DNA of 21,483 nucleotides from Tubiluchus corallicola (Eukaryota; Animalia; Priapulida). The stretch lies in the NCBI GenBank assembly GCA_030141605.1, contig JAQGDQ010001905.1, forward strand, positions 1-21,483, written 5' to 3'. The position numbers were made by a program, and so were the translations under genes. Within the stretch, counting starts at the first letter, position 1; each line of letters opens with the position of its first letter. Below, one piece after another: positions 12,877 through 21,483 of the stretch. The notes beneath the pieces are model-generated. The model was not told the DNA's origin, searched no databases, and saw nothing but the letters and a program-made list of their open reading frames with translations.

Positions 12877-13311
12877 GCGGGATGCCCACGCTGTATCTCG
12901 ATACTAGGCGGAGGAGCTGCACAAAGCAGCCAACGGCTAGAGGGCAGAGGAGGTCAAGTGACCCAACGGCCATGTGTAGAGGAGTAAACCTTCCAAATCA
13001 GGAGTGGATCCCCGAAGGTGGACCAGTGCAGCATGCTCACTGACTCTGGCAGCTCCTGCAGCCAATCTGGTGGCAAACGTATCGCTCCGCTTTCCTTTGG
13101 ACTACACCAGGGAGGAAGAGAGGGGGTTCCTGTTGTCTGGGCAACTCAGGATCTGCATACACCTTGCCCAGGCGTGCGCCCTGGAGACGTTCAAGTATCG
13201 GACTGCTCAGCTACAGTCGACGCTGCAGCTCCATCAATGTGATCAATAACTGACTCTCTTGCCGCACACTCCATTGCCTTCCGAGACAGAAGGATGCCAG
13301 CAAACAACAAC
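12758..13311 (+). mobile_element. 5S-rRNA-derived SINE (SINE3-type) with RTE-derived 3' end, copy 1
   Basis: 5S head, ~310-bp body, RTE ORF C-terminal remnant RSSIGLLSYSRRCSSIN (13188-13253), CCGAGACAGAAGGATGCC end and (CAA)n tail. 10-bp TSD AACTAAGTAA (12748-12757, 13312-13321). Confidence 0.9.
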
Positions 13312-14033
13312 AACTAAGTAAACTTGACTTTTTGTGCTTTTATCCGAAATAATTTAACTATCCATTTTATCTGCAAAACTTTATTTCGAGCTGTAGCCAT
13401 TATACGTTTTATCCTGATTTTTCGTAAATATTTTTAATATATTTTTCATAAAGACTGCGTATTAAGTAAAAAAAATAAATAAGTTTGCACTAGAAAACCT
13501 TGCGTCTCTCTAGGTCACGATGCTTATTTTGCCATCATCTGCAAAAACTTTAAACAACAATCAAAGTTTAACGACGGCGGGAATTTGATATTTGTGTTTT
13601 TTTCCGAGTTATAAATAAAACTTTAAGTCAACAGTCTTAAACCAGACATTGCTTCAAAATCAAGTATCGTCTAAACTATTGGAAACCTTAACAGCTTTTT
13701 TAAATCAAAGCTTAGATTAAATAATCTAATAATTACCTCGGATAGTTAAATTTTGTTAAACTTTCAAATCTAAGTGCGGCTTAGCGAATCCACTAAAAAT
13801 GGCAATGGCGACTTTTTGTCACGTGCGCGTGACCGAAAAATAGGCGAGGTACCGCCACAAGCATGATCATGAACTGCCGTGTTCGTCTGTGACGTTTTTT
13901 GACGTCAATGTGACGTAGAGCTCATTTTTGCGACGTCACATTAGTGTCTTATAGCAATCTTTGCTTACGCAAACATGCTTAATGCGCAGGAAAGATTAAG
14001 ATTTGACATTAAGGTTAAACCCTTGGTATAAAT

Positions 14034-14095
14034 GAGTCGGGAGTTGAACCCGCGACCTCTCGAGTGGGAAAACATTAGAACACTATGCAAAAGTA
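14034..14095 (-). pseudogene. Degenerate tRNA-derived (SINE-head-like) fragment
   Basis: Minus strand TTGCATAGTGTTCTA (A-box-like) ... GAGGTCGCGGGTTCAACTCCCG (B-box/T-arm). No intact cloverleaf. Confidence 0.5.
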
Positions 14096-14260
14096 CTAAA
14101 ATTACGTACTATAACTCCTCGTCATTACGGCCATCATTACTGCCGCGTTCTCTTTTAAACAGACGCCCGTATATCAGATCTTTCGACATCCGCCGAATTG
14201 CCGTGCGGCCACGTATACGGCGGCCGTGTATCATTGGCTTACTGTCAACCAAATAATTGG

Positions 14261-14379
14261 ACGACGGTCAAATCACGATGAAAACACCGGTTCTCGTCTG
14301 ATCACCGAAGTTAAGCAACGTAGAGCCTGGTTAGTACTTGGATGGGTGACCGCCTAGGAATACCAGGTGCTGTAGGCTT
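14261..14379 (+). rRNA. 5S rRNA-like sequence (SINE head, copy 2)
   Basis: Same 5S sequence with a few 5' substitutions. It ends TGTAGGCTT and runs directly into the SINE body. Confidence 0.8.
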
Positions 14380-14804
14380 GCGGGATGCCCACGCTGTATC
14401 TCGATACTAAGCGGAGGAGCTGCACAAGCAGCCAACGGCTAGAGGGCGGAAGAGGTCAAGTGACCTAACGGCCATGTGTAGAGGAGTAAACCTTCCAAAT
14501 CAGGAGTGGAGCCCCGAAGGTGGACCAGTGCAGCATGCTCACTGACTCCGGCAGCTCCTGCAGCCAACCTGGTGCCAAACGTATCGCTCCGCTTTCCTTT
14601 GGACTACACCAAGGAGGAAGAGAGGAGGTTCCTGTTGTCTGGACAACTCAGGATCTCCATACACCTTGCCCAGGCGTGCGCCTTGGAGACGTTCAAGGAT
14701 CGGACTGCTCAGCCACAGTCGACGCTGCAGCTTCATCAATGTGATCAATAACTGACTCTCTTGGCGCACACTCCATTGTCTTCCGAGACAGAAGAATGCC
14801 AACG
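14261..14804 (+). mobile_element. 5S-rRNA-derived SINE with RTE-derived 3' end, copy 2
   Basis: Colinear with copy 1, with remnant RSRIGLLSHSRRC (14690-14755). 14-bp TSD AACCAAATAATTGG (14247-14260, 14805-14818). Confidence 0.9.
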
Positions 14805-16001
14805 AACCAAATAATTGGCTTGTTTACTGTTTGACTGACTATTGGCTGACAGGCTAGCACTCTACCGATTGACCGACTGACCAAGCAGTAGTCACGATTC
14901 TGCACAAGCACATTTTAAGAAGATTATAAAACTCGTATTCTGCGTATCAGGCAAATAATTGGCTTGTTTACTGTTTGACTGACTACTGACTACTGGCTGA
15001 CAGGCTAGCAAACTACCGATTGACCGACTGACCAAGCAGTAGTCACGATTCTGCACAAGCACATTTTAAGAAGATTATAAAACTCGTATTCTGCGTATCT
15101 GGCAAATAATTGGCTTGTTTACTGTTTGACTGACTACTGACTACTGGCTAACAGGCTAGCAAAGTACCGATTGACCGACTGACTAAGTGAAAACGGTAAA
15201 TCGTGCCAAGCAGTAGTCACGATTCTGCACAAGTACATTTTAAGAAGATTATAAAACTGGTATTCTGCGTATCTGGCAAATAATTGGCTTGTTTACTGTT
15301 TGACTGACTACTGACTACTGGCTGACAGGCTAGCAAACTACCGATTGACCGACTGACCAAGCAGTAGTCACGATTCTGCACAAGTACATTTTAAGAAGAT
15401 TATAAAACTGGTATTCTGCGTATCTGGCAAATAATTGGCTTGTTTACTGTTTGACTGACTACTGACTACTGGCTGACAGGCTAGCAAAGTACCGATTGAC
15501 CGACTGACTAAGTGAAAACGGTAAATCGTGCCAAGTAGTAGTCACGATTCTGCACAAGCACATTTTAAGAAGATTATAAAACTCGTATTCTGCGTATCTG
15601 GCAAATAATTGAAACATCAAAGCATTCCGTCTACCCACTCAATATTACAGAGTCAAATCAGAACCAAGAAGAACTTGGAATTGAGTGTTGTAAGCCGCTT
15701 GCAGTTTACTCATCACTGATTAGATCACTCAAGTTACTGCTGTGAAGCCTGGAAGAAAATCTAGAAATACAGTAAGAGCGAGTGGCTTCATTTTAATTTG
15801 TTGATGACGATAAGCGTCTGTGGCAATTAGCAATTTTAAACGAGTGCAGCTTTTACACAGCTGCAGTAGCTACAGCACTAAAAGCAGCAGCAACAGCTAC
15901 AACAACAGCAGCAGCAGTAGCAGCAACAACAACAGCAACAGCAACAGCAACACCAGAAGCAGCAGCAGCAGTAGCAGTATCAGTACCACCACCAGCAGCA
16001 A
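14365..16001 (+). repeat. Left arm of inverted duplication B (partner 19848-21483, which runs off the window)
   Basis: SINE, 151/174-bp array, unique spacer and the start of the CAG/CAA tract all recur as the reverse complement at 19848-21483. Confidence 0.95.
14808..15611 (+). repeat. Tandem array of 144/151/174/151/174-bp units
   Basis: CAAATAATTG starts at 14808, 14952, 15103, 15277, 15428 and 15602. Long units carry an extra TAAGTGAAAACGGTAAATCGTGC segment. Confidence 0.93.
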
Positions 16002-16418
16002 CAACAACAACAACAACAGCAACAGTAGTAGCAATACAGCAGCAACAACAATAACAGTAGCTACAGCACTGAAAGCAACAGCAACAGCTACAACAACAGC
16101 AGCAGCAGTAGCAGCAACAACAACAGCAACAGCAACACCAGAAGCAGCAGCAGCAGTAGCAGTATCAGTACCACCACCAGCAGCAACAACAACAACAACA
16201 ACAGCAACAGTAGTAGCAATAGCAGCAACAACAATAACAACAACAGTTGCAGCAGCAACAATAACAACAATAACAATAACAGCAGCAGTAGCAGCAACAA
16301 CAACAAAAGCAACAGTTGCAGCAACAAGCAACTGCAGCAGCAACAACAGCAGCAACAACAACAACAACAACAGCAACAGTAGTAGCAATACAGCAGCAAC
16401 AACAATAACAGTAGCAAA

Positions 16419-16461
<43 letters not shown>

Positions 16462-16476
16462 ACTGCAACAGCAGTA
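15880..16476. repeat. Degenerate (CAA/CAG/TAG)n triplet tract with internal higher-order duplications
   Basis: Directly visible. The block CACCAGAAGCAGCAGCAGCAGTAGCAGTATCAGTACCACCACC occurs twice (~15951, ~16136). Confidence 0.93.
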
Positions 16477-16553
16477 GAAGAGCCAGTAAAATTTTCTTAT
16501 CTGGTTTTGTTTCTTGTTCTTCAATTTAATTTAGCATTTTCTCTTGTTCACTT

Positions 16554-16850
16554 TTTCTTGTTCCCAACCAAGATCCTGCTAGTAAATCCCCTTGCGCACA
16601 GTAAGTAAAGTCCATGTAAAACAACTGTAATTACTGAGCTGATACAGCAGACGGCTTTGTTTTACTGTTGTAGTTAAGATGACTGCTGTAGTTAATATGC
16701 GTTGCTGTGGTTACCTTTTAAAAAACCTTTGAGTTACAGCACACTGCTTTGCTTTACCCACAAGTCACGTGACGGTAGTAGTTAAGACATGTTGATGTGG
16801 TACACTTAACCTTTGACCTTCAGCAACTGCGCATGCGCACAAGGAAACAG
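16554..16850 (+). repeat. Old dispersed repeat, copy 2 (partner ~5577-5790)
   Basis: Same ordered blocks as 5577-5790, with internal duplication of the TGTAGTTAA...TGTGGT segment. Confidence 0.7.
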
Positions 16851-17226
16851 CGTAACATAAACCCCCAGAGAAGTTTCAGAACAGTCGTGCAAGACGTTAT
16901 TACTGTCAATGCTCGGCCATTATGATGTTTTGCGTTCCTGTCCTGTAATATTCATATGATGTGTCGTATTACCAGTCCCCAGACACTTCACGAAATCAGA
17001 CAGCTAACTACATAAACTGCTACATGGATATACATCTGAAGCATGCGATTATGAAACGAAAAACCAAGACTGCTTTGAAGTTAGACTTATTTCAAGGTAT
17101 GTGCAAGTAAAAGCAAAAGTAAATTGTGCAATCATGGTTACAGACATGGATGGAGATGAAGTAAAACAACAAAAAAGCTACGAAATTTCATTTTCAAAAG
17201 GAAGGCAAATATGAGTTTTATAGTAT

Positions 17227-17774
17227 TGGACTGGATTCGACTCAGGGGGTCGAATTCCAAGATGGCATGGCGGTCTTGATATTGCGCATCATGAAATTCC
17301 ATTTTATAATCGTTGTGTAACCGATATTTAATTATAAATGTTAATGTTAATTACAAATGTTAATGTTAATTACAAATGTTATGTTAATTAGCTAAATTAA
17401 TGTCTGTAAACTAGTACCTTATACCTGTTATAGCATGTCATCTAACTCTCATAAAACAAAATACACAAAAATTACACTGTATGGAGTTTATTATCACCAC
17501 TAATAAAAATAAGGAACCGAAATACACGTGCACAAAAAAATAACTAACTAACTCAGTAACAGCACTACACCCGAGGAGCACCTGTGTCAGAAATCAAGGC
17601 TGTAGTGACCTCTACACGCTTTTATATTGGCATTCCAGGTCAGCTGGCTTCTCACACCACGTGTTGGCCCAAACAAGACGCCTGGACCTACAAGAAAGGG
17701 GTGAGTCGCTGCTGACGTGGAAGCAGGGCGTGTAGAGGGCCCACACCTGACCCGACACAGGTGCCTCCGTAACA
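17227..17774 (-). mobile_element. Solo LTR (Ty3/Gypsy-like), longer copy
   Basis: TGGACTG...CCGTAACA with 4-bp TSD GTAT (17223-17226, 17775-17778). Minus-strand TATA at ~17619-17626 and AATAAA at 17487-17492. Confidence 0.88.
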
Positions 17775-18025
17775 GTATTACGAATTTGACATTACTATGC
17801 CATGAGTACTCTTGTAGCAAATGCTATCCCAGGAATTGGGCAAGAGTTAACATATCAAGCAACTGGTAGAGGAAAATTCAAAACCTTTGGTGAGTCAACG
17901 CAATTCAGGTTTTGAAGCTTAAAAGAAAGGCCAGCCTTGAGGAAATTATGCAACACGAACGAACAATCGTCATGCTTTGTACACTGCTTTTGCAAATTTC
18001 TTTGTTATATTTTTCAAAGTTCAAA

Positions 18026-18364
18026 TGATAACAGTAAAATAAACTCAGAATGCTGAATGACTTGTTCTTTCCTTTAGCACACCACAAACAGTTTAAGTGA
18101 TAACAGTAAAATAAACTTAGAATGCTGAGTGACTCGTTCTTTCCTTTAGCACACCACAAACAGTTTAAGTGATAACAGTAAAATAAACCCAGAATGCTGA
18201 GTGACTCGTTCTTTCCTTTAGCACACCACAAACAGTTTAAGTGATAACAGTAAAATAAACTCAGAATACTGAGTGACTTGTTCTTTCCTTTAGCACACCA
18301 CAAACAGTTTAAGTGATAGCAGTAAAATAAACTTAGAATGCTGAGTGACTTGTTCTTTCCTTTA
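18026..18364. repeat. 72-bp minisatellite, ~4.7 copies
   Basis: TGATARCAGTAAAAT at 18026, 18098, 18170, 18242 and 18314. Confidence 0.95.
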
Positions 18365-19156
18365 AATTTTTATGAGTGGCAGCAGCACTAGAAAAAACTA
18401 TTTCTTCGTCTCCTTTCCCCTTCCTTCTCCTACTCCGGGGAGCAATCCCTGGACCGCAAGGTGTCCATCACTAATCAAGGAGTTCTACAAATCCCCGAAT
18501 TTCTTTTTCTCCTGGTCATTTTCTTCCTTTAAACAGGAACAAAAATGGTGTTGACAAGAATGACTGGAGTCAGCGATGCAGCACGACCATACTGCTGCCC
18601 GCAGCGCAAAAGGGAGATTTGCACCTGCTCTTGTGAAGCTGCCACTCGAAGTAGTGAGACGTGCTATGCATAATATTTGAAACCATTCCAAATTATATAA
18701 ATTAGCAATCGTGGGAATCATTTCTTTGGCAAAAAGCAACTCATTTAGCAAATCAAACAAAAAACAGCAGAATAAACCAGAATTTTTCGTTTATTTGTAC
18801 AGCTGCCACGCGTGATAGTTTGAAGTGGTTCATTGTTTATTTTACCAGTCGAATAACGAGTTAATAAATCATGAGAGGGGATATTTCAGGCGAAAAGGGA
18901 ATCTGATATGTACTGCTGGATTGCGTGTTTCATAGTACAGCCCACTTGTCATCACAGGTGCACAATGCGACGCAACTTCTGCACAATAGAAGCGTGATGT
19001 GCGTGTGCGTGTGCGTGTGCGTGTGCATGTGCGTGTATACTGTGGGTTAGAATTCTAGTTGATTTACATTCTCACCACCTTCCTTTTTCAGTTAATTACC
19101 TGTTAGTTTGATTATATATATATATATAGTGATGCTTCTCTTCACGAATGTCTGTA

Positions 19157-19519
<363 letters not shown>

Positions 19520-20242
19520 ACTCGCTCACAGCGAGTGTATACAAGTTTTATACAAAGTGCTCCTAAGTTGTTCTTCACAAACTTTATTTTCCTTCGTTTT
19601 CAAAATGGATGAAACGAGACACGCGCTGCAGTTGTTCCCATTTTACCTTTTGATTTATTTCAGTTGGGGTTCAATCCTTAGGGCCCAATCACATCGATAT
19701 CAAAACCCGATATCGATACCAATAGTGATAAACTGAGGTGCAATTTTTCCCAAGTTTTTTATTGCGTTACATAAAATCGATTTTAGAAGCATGTCTGACG
19801 TTCATAAACCTTTGTCAAATATTCAGTTCATTTTTACCTATTTTTGTTTGCTGCTGGTGGTGGCGGTACTGATACTGCTACTGCTGCTGCTGCTTCTGGT
19901 GTTGCTGTTGCTGTTGCTGTTGTTGTTGCTGCTACTGCTGCTGCTGTTGTTGTAGCTGTTGCTGCTGTTTTCTTTTAGTGTTGTAGCTACTGCAGCTGTG
20001 TAAAGCTGCACTCGTTTAAAATTGCTAATTGCCACAGATCAGCTATCGTCATCAACAAATTAAAATGAAGCCACTCGCTCTTACTGTATTTCTAGATTTT
20101 CTTCCCAGGCTTCACAGCAGTAACTTGAGGATCTAATCAGTGATGAGTAAACTGCGCGGCTTACAACACTCAATTCCAAGTTCTTCTTGGTTCTGATTTG
20201 ACTCTGTAATATTGAGTGGGTAGACGGAATGCTTTGATGTTT

Positions 20243-21040
20243 CAATTATTTGCCAGATACGCAGAATACGAGTTTTATAATCTTCTTAAAATGTGCTTGT
20301 GCAGAATCGTGACTACTACTTGGCACGATTTACCGTTTTCACTTAGTCAGTCGGTCAATCGGTACTTTGCTAGCCTGTCAGCCAGTAGCCAGTAGTCAGT
20401 CAAACAGTAAACAAGCCACTATTTGCCAGATACGCAGAATACCAGTTTTTATAATCTTCTTAAAATGTACTTGTGCAGAATCGTGACTACTGCTTGGTCA
20501 GTCGGTCAATCGGCAGTTTGCTAGCCTGTCAGCCAGTAGTCAGTAGTCAGTCAAACAGTAAACAAGCCAATTATTTGCCAGATACAGAATACCAGTTTTA
20601 TAATCTTCTTAAATGTACTTGTGCAGAATCGTGACTACTGCTTGGCACGATTTACCGTTTTCACTTAGTCAGTCGGTCAATCGGTACTTTGCTAGCCTGT
20701 TAGCCAGTAGTCAGTAGTCAGTCAAACAGTAAACAAGCCAATTATTTGCCAGATACGCAGAATACGAGTTTTATAATCTTCTTAAAATGTGCTTGTGCAG
20801 AATCGTGACTACTGCTTGGTCAGTCGGTCAATCAGTAGTTTATAGCCTGTCAACCATAGTCAATAGTCAGCAAACATCAAACAAGCCAATTATTTGCCAG
20901 ATACGCAGAATACGAGTTTTATAATCTTCTTAAAATGTGCTTGTGCAGAATCGTGACTACTGCTTGGTCAGTCGGTCAATCGGTAGAGTGCTAGCCTGTC
21001 AGCCAATAGTCAGTCAAACAGTAAACAAGCCAATTATTTG
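20243..21040 (-). repeat. Inverted copy of the 151/174-bp tandem array
   Basis: Same five units in mirrored order. Confidence 0.93.
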
Positions 21041-21043
21041 GTT

Positions 21044-21483
21044 CGTTGGCATTCTTCTGTCTCGGAAGACAATGGAGTGTGCGCCAAGAGAGTCAGTTAT
21101 TGATCACATTGATGAAGCTGCAGCGTCGACTGTGGCTGAGCAGTCCGATCCTTGAACGTCTCCAAGGCGCACGCCTGGGCAAGGTGTATGGAGATCCTGA
21201 GTTGTCCAGACAACAGGAACCTCCTCTCTTCCTCCTTGGTGTAGTCCAAAGGAAAGCGGAGCGATACGTTTGGCACCAGGTTGGCTGCAGGAGCTGCCGG
21301 AGTCAGTGAGCATGCTGCACTGGTCCACCTTCGGGGCTCCACTCCTGATTTGGAAGGTTTACTCCTCTACACATGGCCGTTAGGTCACTTGACCTCTTCC
21401 GCCCTCTAGCCGTTGGCTGCTTGTGCAGCTCCTCCGCTTAGTATCGAGATACAGCGTGGGCATCCCGCAAGCCTACAGCACCT
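21044..21483 (-). mobile_element. 5S/RTE SINE copy 3 (duplicate of copy 2; 5S head cut by window end)
   Basis: Reverse complement of 14365-14804, including the same 3' TSD (21030-21043). The ORF-track translations are identical to copy 2. Confidence 0.9.

Larger units (their letters stand above)
19848..21483 (-). repeat. Right arm of inverted duplication B
   Basis: Reverse complement of 14365-16001 with small indels and a noisier patch at ~20830-20880. Confidence 0.95.

Noticed and set aside
12877-12945. HDV-like ribozyme in the SINE body
   Set aside because: A P4-like hairpin followed by CCAA is present, but no P1/P3/L3 arrangement with the nested double-pseudoknot order could be built.
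12720-14020. TTAA-flanked piggyBac/Kolobok-like element
   Set aside because: No convincing TIR pair could be matched.
12758-14379. Functional tandem 5S rDNA array
   Set aside because: The copies have altered 5' ends, no oligo-T terminator, individual TSDs and unrelated outer flanks.
13004-14802. Conserved 74-87 aa ORFs repeated in each SINE copy
   Set aside because: They are overlapping GC-rich frames, mostly with non-ATG starts, and recur only because the element is repeated. The only protein-like signal is the short RTE remnant in another frame.
15820-16608. 262-aa Ser/Thr/Ala-rich mucin-like ORF
   Set aside because: It is a triplet-repeat tract open on both strands, and the duplicate at 19838-20035 is frameshifted and truncated.
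9369-17774. Full-length LTR retrotransposon bounded by the two LTRs
   Set aside because: Each LTR has its own TSD, the outer flanks differ (ATAT versus GTAT), and there is no gag/pol, PBS or PPT between them.

Overview
This is AT-rich, repeat-dense eukaryotic (animal) genomic DNA with no supportable intact host gene. The 5S-like sequences look invertebrate, probably lophotrochozoan, though that is an inference. Almost all ORFs in the track are microsatellite translations. The window is a mosaic of mobile-element remnants: (1) three copies of a ~550-bp 5S-rRNA-headed SINE whose 3' end comes from an RTE-clade LINE, two of them with clean 10- and 14-bp TSDs; (2) two solo LTRs of one family with 4-bp TSDs; (3) a decayed Tc1/mariner-type element containing a ~44-copy 34-bp satellite; (4) a Penelope-like hairpin with degenerate minimal hammerhead motifs; (5) a duplicated hAT-like MITE, a second MITE, and RTE-like, CR1 and L2/Crack LINE fragments; (6) 72-bp and 151/174-bp tandem arrays. 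Two kb-scale inverted duplications (187-1550/3224-4431 and 14365-16001/19848->21483) organise the window. The best candidate for an undescribed system is the 5S/RTE SINE family with a tandem structured RNA motif in its body. Coordinates and identities were read by eye and no database search was run.
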